From Granulicella sp. (lineage in GTDB: Bacteria; Acidobacteriota; Terriglobia; Terriglobales; Acidobacteriaceae), in assembly GCA_027339965.1 (NCBI GenBank), contig DAHWNL010000032.1, forward strand, positions 1 through 40,133: a stretch of DNA of 40,133 bases, read 5' to 3'. The notes under the pieces are model-generated. The model saw only the letters and a list, made by a program, of their open reading frames with translations. It was not told the origin of the DNA and searched no databases. Shown piece after piece: positions 1 to 9,675 of this stretch. Numbering within the stretch: the stretch's first letter is position 1; the number at the start of each line of letters is the position of its first letter. The translations under genes were made by a program, and so were the position numbers.

Positions 1-976
1 GTTGAGATTCAGCCCAGTAGCAGGTGAAGACGCCTAAAAACCAGAGGATGGTCATGCAGGCGAGCACGGCCCAGCCGTGTTTGGGTGAGCCGACCATCTT
101 GCCGAGGGTAACAACCAGACCGGCAGGAATCAGAAGAATCGAGAGCATTTCCAGAAAGTTGGTGAGCGGAGTTGGGTTCTCAAAGGGATGCGCGCTGTTG
201 GCGTTGAAGAAGCCACCGCCGTTGGTGCCGAGTTCCTTGATGGACTCCTGGGAGGCTGTGGGGCCCTGGGCGATGGTTTGCGTGGTCACTGTGCTGGTGG
301 TTGTCTTGCCGTCGGCTCCGGTGGATGTGGCCGTCATCGGCTGGACCAAAGTAGCTGTCGTGTAGGGCTTCAGGTTATCGATCACGCCCTGGGACGTGTA
401 GACCAGCGCCAGAACGATGGAGATAGGCAGAAGGATCCAGAGAGTTGCGCGGGTCACGTCAACCCAGAAGTTGCCCAGGGTCTTCATCTCGCGCCGAACG
501 ATACCGCGGATGAAGGCAATGGCAAGGGCGATGCCAGTGGCAGCGGACCAGAAGTTATGCGTGGCGAGTCCAAGCATCTGAGTGAGATAGCTCATGGTGG
601 ACTCTGGAGTGTAAGCCTGCCAGTTGGTGTTGGTGGAGAAGGAGACGGCGGTGTTGAGGGCGAGCGCAGGCGCTACTCCGGGCAGGTGCTGCGGGTTGAA
701 GGGGAGGTAAACCTGCAGGCGCTGAATGACGTAAGTGAGAACTACCGTGGCCGCCGTAAAGACGAGCATGGCGACGCAGTACTCCGTCCAACGCATCTCC
801 TCGTTGGGGTTGACGCCGGTGAGGCGGTAGAGAAGCCGCTCGCAGGGTATAAGAACGGGATCCAGCCAGGTGCGGCGGCCCTCAAAGACTCGAGCCATGT
901 AAAGGCCCATGGGCTTGGCGAGCAGCAGAGTAAGGGTGATGAACAGGGTAATTTGAAGCCAGCCGTTGAGCGACAT
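1..976 (-). CDS. kdpA: K+-transporting ATPase subunit A, 5' part (runs off the window edge)
   Basis: Manual minus-strand translation from ATG 976 gives MSLNGWLQITLFITLTLLLAKPMGLYMARVFEG, with KdpA motifs NTAVSFSTNTNWQAY and IKELGTNGGGFFNANSAHPFENPT. Absent from the ORF track. Confidence 0.97.
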   Translation of the reverse strand, partial: MSLNGWLQITLFITLTLLLAKPMGLYMARVFEGRRTWLDPVLIPCERLLYRLTGVNPNEEMRWTEYCVAMLVFTAATVVLTYVIQRLQVYLPFNPQHLPGVAPALALNTAVSFSTNTNWQAYTPESTMSYLTQMLGLATHNFWSAATGIALAIAFIRGIVRREMKTLGNFWVDVTRATLWILLPISIVLALVYTSQGVIDNLKPYTTATLVQPMTATSTGADGKTTTSTVTTQTIAQGPTASQESIKELGTNGGGFFNANSAHPFENPTPLTNFLEMLSILLIPAGLVVTLGKMVGSPKHGWAVLACMTILWFLGVFTCYWAESQ

Positions 977-1062
977 TAGAACTTCTCCGGACGCAGGAGT
1001 GCGTAAACAAGATAAGCGAGCAACAGAGCGCTGATGATCAGGAGAATGACGTCTTCTATCAT
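976..1062 (-). CDS. kdpF: KdpF small membrane subunit (28 aa)
   Basis: MIEDVILLIISALLLAYLVYALLRPEKF*, with the typical YLxYALLRPEKF end. Its stop overlaps the kdpA start (TAATG); AGGAGG RBS upstream. Confidence 0.95.
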   Translation of the reverse strand: MIEDVILLIISALLLAYLVYALLRPEKF

Positions 1063-1157
1063 CGCTTGCCTCCTCTCAGGTGTTCACAGCCGTGGATGTA
1101 GAGAATGGACAGGGGAAAGAGGACGGCAAGGGTGATCAGTGCAACTAGATCGGCCAT
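1059..1157 (-). CDS. Small hydrophobic peptide (32 aa) upstream of kdpF
   Basis: MADLVALITLAVLFPLSILYIHGCEHLRGGKR*: one TM-like stretch, GGAG RBS, stop overlaps the kdpF start (ATGA). Confidence 0.75.
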   Translation of the reverse strand: MADLVALITLAVLFPLSILYIHGCEHLRGGKR

Positions 1158-1442
1158 GGGTTTGCTCCGTTAGCGGATGATTTGGCTGAGAACTTGACAA
1201 GGATGTATGGCGAACTCCTGCCAATTGAGGTTGAAACGAGTACACAGGAGAGGCTGAGAGGCTGCGTCGTGATCCAGCTTGCCAACCGCCCAAGAGCTGG
1301 ACAAGCGGATGTTCGAGATGTCTCGGCCTGCGCTAAGGGCCGATGGGGCATTGCGGGCAGCGGAATGTGTGGCCATCGCTTTCATTTCAACCTCGATTGT
1401 TATTGGAAGGTTGTAGGGCGTAGGAAGTCTATAGAGAAGTCG

Positions 1443-2129
1443 TTAAGAACTTGTAAGTTCAGAGCGCAGCCGATAGCCCACCCAAGGTTCGCTTGTGATG
1501 AACCGGGAGCTGTCGGTGGGATCCAGTTTCTTGCGTAGTTGCGCGATGAGAACGCGAAGGTACTCGGGTTGATCTTCGCCTGCGGGTCCCCAGATCTGCC
1601 GCAGAAGATACTTGTGGGCGAGGACGCGATTGGGGTTATTGGCGAAGAGAAGGAGGAGGTCGAACTCCTTGGGGGTTAGGTGAACCTCGACCTCGCCGAC
1701 CCGGACGACTCGAGCAGCGGAGTCGATGAACAGGCAGCCTACCGTGAGATGGGCAGGCGGAGGCTCTGTTTGGTTGATCTTGCGCAGATTGGCTCGGACG
1801 CGCGCCAAGAGTTCAGGCATGCTGAATGGTTTGGTGACGTAATCGTCAGCGCCCTCATCGAGGGCGTTGATCTTCATGGTCTCCTGTTCACGGACGGAAA
1901 GGACGATGATGGGGGTATCAGAGATGCGGCGGATGGCTCGGGTGAGTTCGATTCCCCCCATCTCCGGCATGCCGAGATCCGTGATGATCAGATCCGGAGA
2001 TTGGGTGCGGAAGAGGTCAAAGGCCTGCATGCCGTTATCGGCGACAACGACCTCATAGCCATAGCTCCGCAGTGAGGTGCGCAGCACACGGGTAATCTGT
2101 CGTTCATCGTCTACTACAAGGATGCGCAT
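1443..2129 (-). CDS. kdpE: OmpR-family response regulator KdpE
   Basis: MRILVVDDE receiver domain, GADDYVTKPF, winged-helix LTPKEFDLL...YLRVLIAQLRKKL; kdp context. Start placed at ATG 2129. Confidence 0.93.
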   Translation of the reverse strand: MRILVVDDERQITRVLRTSLRSYGYEVVVADNGMQAFDLFRTQSPDLIITDLGMPEMGGIELTRAIRRISDTPIIVLSVREQETMKINALDEGADDYVTKPFSMPELLARVRANLRKINQTEPPPAHLTVGCLFIDSAARVVRVGEVEVHLTPKEFDLLLLFANNPNRVLAHKYLLRQIWGPAGEDQPEYLRVLIAQLRKKLDPTDSSRFITSEPWVGYRLRSELTSS

Positions 2130-2203
2130 GGGGCAGGTCCTGGGCGCTCTGCTTAGGCCAGGTTCGGCCAAGGGATCGCATGATTCTCATGAATGTCCAG
2201 GTT

Positions 2204-3355
2204 CTAATGGATCTCCTGGTTGATGATGTGCAGGTCGACGTGCGGAGCTTCCGAGAGAAAACGCTGGATGGCCAGGAAATACAGGTACTTGCGCAGGCCG
2301 TGGAGAGCCGAGCGGCCGAACATGGCCTGGGTGATGCGATGCTCGGTGATGAATGCGGCGGTAGCGGAGGCGATGTGCTTGCCTGGGGCAAGATGGATGA
2401 TGTGGGCACCCAGGTTCTCCGCGAACTTGATGCTGGCCTCCAGGTTGCGCTTGCACTCTGCGGACTCATCCTTCTCGGACTGGACGTGGAGAACATAGAG
2501 TTCTCCCCCCAACCCCTCGGCCAGCCGGGCGCCACGGGCAATCAGGTCTCGGGCCTGAGGACGGGAGCTGATGCATACGGCCACCTTCTCCGAGACCGAC
2601 CAGTGCGGGCCAAGCTGCTTGCGCTTGACGTAGTTATCCAATGTTCGGTCGACGGCGCGGGTGACGCGATGCAGCGCCATCTCACGCAAGGCAATCAGGT
2701 TACCCCGGCGGAAGAAGTTGGCAAGAGCACGCTCGGCGCGGTCGACCGGGTAAATGTCGCCGCGCTTCATGCGTGTGACCAGGGCCTCGGGCGTCAGGTC
2801 GGAGATGACGATCTCGTCAGCGCGGTCAAGAACCCAGTCTGGAACCGTCTCGCGGACGGGGATTCCGGTGAGGCTCTGAACGCGGGGGGTAAGGCTTTCA
2901 ATGTGCTGTACGTTGATGGTGCTGAGGACGTCGATGTTGGCCTCCAGAATGAGGAAGACGTCTTCATATCGTTTGGCGTTGCGGCTGCCTGCGATGTTGG
3001 TGTGGGCTAACTCGTCGATGAGCACAACCTGGGGACTGCGGGCGATGATGGCGTCCACATCCATCTCCTGGAAGAGGGTCCCCTTGTAGTCGATCTCGCG
3101 GGTGGGTACGTGCTCCAGCCGGGCGGCGAGTTCAGCGGTAACCTTACGCCCGTGGGATTCGACGACTCCAATCACGACATCCTCGCCGCGCTGGCGGCGG
3201 CGAATGCCTTCGCTCAGCATGCTGAACGTTTTGCCCACGCCAGGGGCGTAGCCCAGGAAGACCTTGAAGCGACCGCGAGCCTTTTCCGGCTCGGCAGCAA
3301 TCAACCAATCTTCGGGAGTTTTGCGGGGTGTAGAGTCGGCTTGCAAATTATACAA
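2204..3355 (-). CDS. kdpD: Stand-alone soluble KdpD N-terminal protein (KdpD domain + Usp domain)
   Basis: KVFLGYAPGVGKT (Walker A), LIDELAHTN, NVQHIESL, GNLIALRE, then a Usp-like domain (VAVCISS...LYVLHV). No TM or kinase part. The start may be TTG 3346. Confidence 0.92.
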   Translation of the reverse strand: MYNLQADSTPRKTPEDWLIAAEPEKARGRFKVFLGYAPGVGKTFSMLSEGIRRRQRGEDVVIGVVESHGRKVTAELAARLEHVPTREIDYKGTLFQEMDVDAIIARSPQVVLIDELAHTNIAGSRNAKRYEDVFLILEANIDVLSTINVQHIESLTPRVQSLTGIPVRETVPDWVLDRADEIVISDLTPEALVTRMKRGDIYPVDRAERALANFFRRGNLIALREMALHRVTRAVDRTLDNYVKRKQLGPHWSVSEKVAVCISSRPQARDLIARGARLAEGLGGELYVLHVQSEKDESAECKRNLEASIKFAENLGAHIIHLAPGKHIASATAAFITEHRITQAMFGRSALHGLRKYLYFLAIQRFLSEAPHVDLHIINQEIH

Positions 3356-3362
3356 TCTCCTT

Positions 3363-4802
3363 GTGAACGCTCAACGTCTGGTGGAAGTCTTCCGGTGGTC
3401 GGCCGCAGCAGTCATGCTGACGGGAATTGTAGCTGTATTTCATCTCTGGGTACACCTCAACTCCACCACGGTAGCGTTGACGTTGCTGTTGCTGGTCTTA
3501 TTTTTGGCCGCGAGATGGGGCTTGCGTTATGCTTTGGCCACGTCCATCGCAGCTACCGCAGCGTATAACTTCTATTTTCTTCGAAAACTTGAGCGTCTTA
3601 CCATCAATGATCCTCAGGTTTGGTTAAACATCTTCGCCTTTTTGACGGTCGCCGTGGTGGGCAGTCGCCTATCAGAGCGGGTGCGGAAGGAAGGCTCCGA
3701 CGCGCGACGCAGGCAGGCAGAGTTGGAGGTGCTGTACGGCTTAAGCCGGCAGCTTCTTCAGACGGAGAACCTGCCCAGCCTGCTCAACGCTATCAGTCCG
3801 GCAATCATGCTGGTGACGCGGGCCGACGCCGTCATGTTGTATCTGCTGGAAGGAGATAGGCGGTATCTGGCCGGAGACGGATCCGGGATTTCGCTGGACG
3901 ATATTGCTTTGCGCCAACTGGCGGAGACGCTGCCTGCTCCCGAGACCACGGTTTCCAAGCAGGCGCGGATTCCGCTGCGCGTGGGTGTCAGGCCGCGCGG
4001 GCTTCTTCTAATCAATGGGGTGAGCCTGTCCGTGGAGACGCTGGAGGCGATTGCGGGATTGATCTCGGCATCGATTGACCGGGCGCAGGCGCTGGAGGAT
4101 CTGACACGTGGGGAGGCTTCCAAAGAGAGCGAACGGCTTCGGTCGCTGATGATCGACTCGATCACTCACGAACTGCGCACGCCGCTAACGGCGATCAAGG
4201 CGGCCGCCTCGACCTTGCTGCTGCCCAAGGAGTTGGATGAAGACGAACGCCGGGAGCTGCTGACGGTGATCAACGAGGAGAGCGACCGGCTGAATCAACT
4301 GGTCTCTGAGGCGGTGGAGATGGCGCAACTGGATACCAGAGAGGTCCACATGACCTTTGCGCCGGCATCCATTGGGGCGCTGGTGGAGAAGGCGCTGACG
4401 TACTGCTCCAGCCTGCTGGACAAGCACGAGGTGAAGGTGGATATACCCGACCTGCCGGCCGTGAAGGCGGACGCGGACTATATCACCAAGGTGCTGACAA
4501 ACCTGATAGAGAATGCGGCGAAGTACTCGGCGGAAGGAACGCCGATCTGCATCTCAGCGGAACTGAAGGACGGTATGGTCAGCGTGAGCGTGGCCGATCG
4601 GGGCATGGGGGTCGATCTATCGGAACAGAGCTTGATCTTTGAACGGTTCTACCGGGCGAACGTTCCCAGCCAGCAGAGTTGGGGGACGGGCATGGGGCTG
4701 GCGATCAGCAGAGCCATCATCGAAGCGCACCATGGGACGCTGTCTGTGACCAGCCAGCTTGGGGAGGGATCGGTGTTCAGCTTTACGCTGCCGGTGGCGT
4801 GA
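3363..4802 (+). CDS. KdpD C-terminal half: 4-TM (DUF4118-like) + GAF-like + HisKA/HATPase sensor kinase
   Basis: Four hydrophobic segments, H-box SITHELRTPLTAI, N-box NLIENAAKYS, DRGMG, FERFYR, GTGMGLAI. Start uncertain (GTG 3363 or ATG 3414). Confidence 0.9.
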   Translation: MNAQRLVEVFRWSAAAVMLTGIVAVFHLWVHLNSTTVALTLLLLVLFLAARWGLRYALATSIAATAAYNFYFLRKLERLTINDPQVWLNIFAFLTVAVVGSRLSERVRKEGSDARRRQAELEVLYGLSRQLLQTENLPSLLNAISPAIMLVTRADAVMLYLLEGDRRYLAGDGSGISLDDIALRQLAETLPAPETTVSKQARIPLRVGVRPRGLLLINGVSLSVETLEAIAGLISASIDRAQALEDLTRGEASKESERLRSLMIDSITHELRTPLTAIKAAASTLLLPKELDEDERRELLTVINEESDRLNQLVSEAVEMAQLDTREVHMTFAPASIGALVEKALTYCSSLLDKHEVKVDIPDLPAVKADADYITKVLTNLIENAAKYSAEGTPICISAELKDGMVSVSVADRGMGVDLSEQSLIFERFYRANVPSQQSWGTGMGLAISRAIIEAHHGTLSVTSQLGEGSVFSFTLPVA

Positions 4803-5323
4803 GACCAACGCGCGACAGGGATGAGCCGGGTGGGCGTTGGTCCGCGGGCGGGTAGCGTCGTGCGGTCTGGGTGGACGAGCAACAGGCGAACAACGGGCGT
4901 TTTGTCGATGAACAGGCGCTTTACTGATGGTTGCGCCGTGCTGGGGTGAGCAGGAGTGGGGTGGGGTTGCCCGGCGCAGAAGGGCGTGCGCTGAGGCAGG
5001 AGTGCTGGGATTGGCGATTCAACATCCGCGTTTCACGCGGAGCGAGTGGCGTGCGAGAGGAGACTTTCGCCGATGACAGTCGCCAACGGGTTCCACCTTT
5101 CCGCCAATCGATCTATGCAGATCTCCTCCATTTTTCTCAAGACAGAGTTTTTGACCCGACCTTAGGATCATTCCGTAATTCCTCTCGTGCGGATAGCGAT
5201 GCCGTGACAGGTTTTCGGTCTGGTGTTTTCAAGCGGGGGGTGCTTCCCCTGGCTCGGCTTGATGGCTTATCCGCAGAACCGAAGTTGAAAACGATTGAAG
5301 AATGGATGCGCCCAGGAGGTTGG

Positions 5324-8300
5324 ATGAGAGCCTTATGTTGTTGTTTGTCTGTCTGCCTGTTGGCGGCTGGAGCAGGGTGGTTCATGCCTGCTGCGGTTCT
5401 GGCCCAAGCGACGACTGCTTCGATTCATGGGATCGTAGCTGATCCGACGGGCGCATTGCTCGCCGGTGCGACGGTGACCGTGACCAATACCAGTACGGGG
5501 ATATCTACGGCACGGAAGACCGATAGGGAGGGATACTATGTGTTTCCCGACCTGCATATTGGGGGTCCATACACGGTTCGAATCGAGGAGACGGGCTTTC
5601 AAACTTCGATTGTGAGCGGTATCAAGCTTGATCTGAGTTCGGAGCGGGAGATCGATGCGACGCTGCGAGTCGGCTCCGCGTCGCAGACCGTTCAGGTGAG
5701 CTCCTCCGCAGTGCAGGTGGAGACGTCTGACGTCCAGCTTAAAACTGTGGTGGGCGCCGCGGAGATCGAAGAGTTGCCGCTGCTCGGGCGAGACGCAGTG
5801 GAACTGCAAAAGACCGCTCCGGGAGTGGTGGAGGCTGACGACCGCGAGGGCACATTCTCCACCAACGGCAGCCAGACTCAGGAGAATTCCTATCTACTGG
5901 ACGGGACCGATATTAACGATATTCTTCTGAATACGCCGGGCATCACGGTCAATCCGGATGCGCTGGCGGAGATCAATATCATCTCCAGCACGCTTGCTCC
6001 GGAGTTCAGCCGCAACTCCGGAGCGATTGTGGATGAGACGTTGAAGAGTGGAACAAATCAGTTTCATGGCAACGGTTTTGAGTTTTATCGCGACACGTTT
6101 CTGAACAACGGAAACTACTTTTCCGCAACCAGGCCGGTCTTCCACCAGAACGTCTTTGGCGGGACGCTGGGCGGGCCGATCCTGAAGGGGCATGCGTTCT
6201 TTTTTGTAGCCTATCAGGGTCTGCGCAGCCGCACGGCGCAGACGCAGCTTACGCAGGTCTTCGATGCGCTGCAGAGGGGCGGTGATTTTTCAGGAGATGG
6301 CGGCTTTTCCAGCAATCCGATTCCGTTCCCTGGCGGTCTCCAGGGCCCGGCAGGCTTTTGCCCCGCGGGAACGCCATGGAACACGTGTTTCCCGAACTCG
6401 CGGGCGCCGGTCTCCGACTTCAATTCGATCGCGCTCAAACTGCTCAATGAATATGTCCCCAAGCCGAACTATACGAGCGGCGGGATCAACTACTACAACT
6501 TCAACGCACCGAATACTGCAGGAGACGATCAGGGCATTATCCGCATCGACGATCAGTTGACGGCGAAGGATGCGCTCTGGGCCTCCACGATCTTTGACTC
6601 GAGCCCCAGCACGAATACTTTGCCGCTGCCATCGACGGAATCCACCGGAACCGGGGCCAATCTGCCGGGATTTGAGGCCGACAATGCGTCGCATATCAAG
6701 ATATTCAATGCTTCGTGGACGCGTCTGATCAACAGTACTACGGTGAATGAGCTGCGAGCCGGTTACTTCCGCTTCAACTTCGCGGAACTGGAGCCGGCTC
6801 CGACGACGCTGGCGGCTCCATCCTCCTTCGGGTTCAATATTGTGCCGCAGGATGCGGCGGCTGGAACTCTGCCGTTCATCAACGTTACGGGATATTTTGC
6901 GCTCGGCTTCAGCACCAATGGACCGCAGCCACGCAAGGATGAGAACTATGTCTACTTCGACAACTTCAGCAAGGTGGTAGGGAGCCATAGCCTGAAGTTT
7001 GGAGCGACTATAGAACGTTTTGTCTTCAGCAATCCTTTCTATTCCGACAATAGCGGCGCCTTCAGTTTTGTGGGCTCCGGAACATACAGCACGGGCGATC
7101 CGGCTGCAGATTTTCTCTTCGGAGTTCCTGCCACCTATAGTCAGGGGTCAGGCTATTTTGTGGATGTGCGGGCCTCGCAATACTATGGGTATGCGCAAGA
7201 CCACTGGATGGTTTCCGATACGCTGACGTTGACTTATGGCCTTGGGTATGACACGGAGACGCCGTTCGAGAACCTGCAATATCAGGGCGTAGGCGTTACC
7301 TGCTGGCTGCCCAGCGATGTGCAATCGAAGGTCTTTCCCGACGCTCCTCCCGGGCTGCTCTATCCGGGCGATGCAGGGTGCAACAGGAACGGCGGGCCGG
7401 TAACGCATTGGGATCATCTGTCTCCGCGGGTGGGCTTTGCCTGGTCTCCGGCGAAGGGGTTAGGCTCCGTCTTCGGGCCGGCGGGCGAACACGCGTTCGT
7501 ATTTCGCGGCGGCTTCGGGATCTATTGGAATCGGCCGCAGGCGGAGGGGACGCAAGAGAATTCGAACGATCCGCCCTTTTCGCTGAATAGCGTGGGAGCA
7601 GCGGGATTGGGTGGAAGTCCGAGCTTTGCGAATCCCTTTCAGGACATCGCTGACAGGCCAGGCGCGTCTTATACGGCAAATCCCTTTCCTTATCAGGTTC
7701 CGAGGCCGGGCCAGAACGTCAGCTTCGCCTCGCTGTATCCACTGGAGATGGATAACCTTACGTCCGCCTTCGATGTTCCATACACGTATAACTTCAACCT
7801 AAATCTTCAGCGGTCGCTGGCCAGCAACCTGGTGCTGACGATTGGCTATGTGGGGTCGCTGGGGCAGAGGCTGATGCGCGCGGGAGAGGGTGACAGGATT
7901 ACGCAGGCCGGGCAACATGCCTGCCTGAGCGGTACGGGAACAGGCGCACCGATCCGTCTGGACGGCGGCACGTTTACTTGCGTGCAACTGGCCTCTGCGC
8001 AGTCGCTCTACTTTCCGGGAGACAAGACGCAGCCTGCAGCTGTGCCGGGTTCCCAGGTTCCAGGACTGTTCCCGAACGGGCTTCCGTATTATCTGTCCAT
8101 CGGTGGAATGTATACGAATGGCTCTTCCAACTACAATTCGCTTCAGGTTTCGCTGGTGAAGGCGCCCTCGCATGGGCTGTACTTTACGCTTGCCTATACG
8201 TACAGCCACGGCCTGGATAATGCGTCGAGTCTTGAGGATTCGGTGGCCAACGGGTATGGGACGAACTATGTGCCGGGGTTCCGGCATTTGAGTTACGGCG

Positions 8301-8911
8301 ACTCAGCCTACGATGCGCGAAATAGGCTGGTTGCTCTCTATGACTACGCGGTTCCTTTGGTGCATGGGCTGGGTGGAGGTCCGTTGGCGCGTTCCATCCT
8401 GGGTGGATGGAACTTCGCCGGAATTACCGCGCTACAGAGCGGCTTTCCGGTGACGATTTACGACGGCGGAGTCTATAACTCGCTGTATTGCGATGAGTTC
8501 AGTTTTGTCAATTGCCCGGACGTACCCAACACATCGACGTTCCGTATTAAGACGCTGAATCCGCGACGGCCGGGAAATTACTGGTTCAATCCCGCCACGT
8601 TCTCCCAGGAGCCGATTGGAACGTTTGGCAATGTGAAGCGGAATTTCTTCCATGGTCCTGGATTCAACTACTCGAATGTGGAGATCTACAAGAATATTCC
8701 GCTGGGAGGTACGAACGCCGCGCGGTATGTGCAGCTTCGGCTGGAGGCGTATAACGTCTTCAACCACGCAAACTTTGCAAACCCAAATGGCAACTACGGT
8801 GCCGGAGCCCCTGCGTTTGGCGCCATCAGTTCGGTTGATCAACCGGTGAACCCCAGCGGTGATCCACAGCCGGCGCGCGCCATTCAGTTGGCTGGGAAGG
8901 TTTACTTCTAG
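5324..8911 (+). CDS. Oar-like TonB-dependent outer-membrane receptor with N-terminal carboxypeptidase-regulatory-like domain
   Basis: Signal peptide, GIVADPTGALLAGATVTVTN, KSGTNQFHG, C-terminal ARAIQLAGKVYF ending in Phe. AGGAGG precedes ATG 5324. Confidence 0.92.
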   Translation: MRALCCCLSVCLLAAGAGWFMPAAVLAQATTASIHGIVADPTGALLAGATVTVTNTSTGISTARKTDREGYYVFPDLHIGGPYTVRIEETGFQTSIVSGIKLDLSSEREIDATLRVGSASQTVQVSSSAVQVETSDVQLKTVVGAAEIEELPLLGRDAVELQKTAPGVVEADDREGTFSTNGSQTQENSYLLDGTDINDILLNTPGITVNPDALAEINIISSTLAPEFSRNSGAIVDETLKSGTNQFHGNGFEFYRDTFLNNGNYFSATRPVFHQNVFGGTLGGPILKGHAFFFVAYQGLRSRTAQTQLTQVFDALQRGGDFSGDGGFSSNPIPFPGGLQGPAGFCPAGTPWNTCFPNSRAPVSDFNSIALKLLNEYVPKPNYTSGGINYYNFNAPNTAGDDQGIIRIDDQLTAKDALWASTIFDSSPSTNTLPLPSTESTGTGANLPGFEADNASHIKIFNASWTRLINSTTVNELRAGYFRFNFAELEPAPTTLAAPSSFGFNIVPQDAAAGTLPFINVTGYFALGFSTNGPQPRKDENYVYFDNFSKVVGSHSLKFGATIERFVFSNPFYSDNSGAFSFVGSGTYSTGDPAADFLFGVPATYSQGSGYFVDVRASQYYGYAQDHWMVSDTLTLTYGLGYDTETPFENLQYQGVGVTCWLPSDVQSKVFPDAPPGLLYPGDAGCNRNGGPVTHWDHLSPRVGFAWSPAKGLGSVFGPAGEHAFVFRGGFGIYWNRPQAEGTQENSNDPPFSLNSVGAAGLGGSPSFANPFQDIADRPGASYTANPFPYQVPRPGQNVSFASLYPLEMDNLTSAFDVPYTYNFNLNLQRSLASNLVLTIGYVGSLGQRLMRAGEGDRITQAGQHACLSGTGTGAPIRLDGGTFTCVQLASAQSLYFPGDKTQPAAVPGSQVPGLFPNGLPYYLSIGGMYTNGSSNYNSLQVSLVKAPSHGLYFTLAYTYSHGLDNASSLEDSVANGYGTNYVPGFRHLSYGDSAYDARNRLVALYDYAVPLVHGLGGGPLARSILGGWNFAGITALQSGFPVTIYDGGVYNSLYCDEFSFVNCPDVPNTSTFRIKTLNPRRPGNYWFNPATFSQEPIGTFGNVKRNFFHGPGFNYSNVEIYKNIPLGGTNAARYVQLRLEAYNVFNHANFANPNGNYGAGAPAFGAISSVDQPVNPSGDPQPARAIQLAGKVYF

Positions 8912-9092
8912 TGGAAGTGGATGGAGGGGCCAAGGGCGAGTTGAGTGCATGGCCGGTATGCTGCCGACGCCTGGCCAAGGAGAGGTGCGGCGTAAGGAAT
9001 TTGCAGGGAGACAGCTTTACGCGACTGCGTGTTCCATAGCTTCTCCATGATTGGAACGATGAGAGCTTTAGCAGAAGAAAGGATAGCTTACG

Positions 9093-9665
9093 ATGCCACA
9101 TATCGCACTGCCAGAGGGCTTGAATGGGATTCGAAGCGCGATGGCCTTCCGTCCCGAGGTTGCCCAGCCACTGAGTGAACTTGCCGAGGTGCTTCTGCAT
9201 GGACCCCATTCTCTAACCGCAGGCGAGCGAGAGTTGATTGCTACCTACGTATCGTCGCTGAATGGCTGCTATTACTGCCAGATGAGTCACGGGGCCATTG
9301 CGGCTGCGCACCTGGATGGCAATGAGGAACTGGTAAGGTGCGTAAAGGAAGATTTCCGCCGTGCCGAGATCTCCGACAAGCTTAAGGCGCTGTTGGAGAT
9401 TGCTGCAAAGGTGCAAAGGAGCGGAAGGAACGTGACTGCGGAAGACGCGGCGAATGCGCGCCGGTACGGAGCTACGGATCTGGAGATTCACGATACGGTA
9501 TTGATTGCGGCTTTCTTCTGCATGTGTAACCGGTACGTTGATGGCCTGGCTACGACACAGCCTGGCGACGAAGCCCTGTACCGGGAGCGCGGCAAGCAGG
9601 TTGCATGTGAGGGATACGTCAGCGCCGGCAAGACTTATCAGCCGCCCGCGGCTAGAACACGGTAA
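9093..9665 (+). CDS. AhpD/carboxymuconolactone-decarboxylase-family peroxidase-related protein (paralog 1)
   Basis: ERELIATYVSSLNGCYYCQMSH (E...CxxC...H signature). Confidence 0.9.
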   Translation: MPHIALPEGLNGIRSAMAFRPEVAQPLSELAEVLLHGPHSLTAGERELIATYVSSLNGCYYCQMSHGAIAAAHLDGNEELVRCVKEDFRRAEISDKLKALLEIAAKVQRSGRNVTAEDAANARRYGATDLEIHDTVLIAAFFCMCNRYVDGLATTQPGDEALYRERGKQVACEGYVSAGKTYQPPAARTR

Positions 9666-9675
9666 GGAGGAGACT

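Noticed and set aside
24..979. Plus-strand ORFs of 113 and 263 aa
   Set aside because: Antisense shadows of kdpA, as expected in GC-rich DNA. The same applies to most short overlapping ORFs in the track.
4931..5323. 131-aa N-terminal extension of the TonB-dependent receptor
   Set aside because: The signal peptide and AGGAGG RBS point to ATG 5324, and the extension does not look like protein.
9505..9675. Longer start for AhpD paralog 2
   Set aside because: It overlaps paralog 1. The MPHI start at 9676 has a strong RBS and matches the other paralogs.
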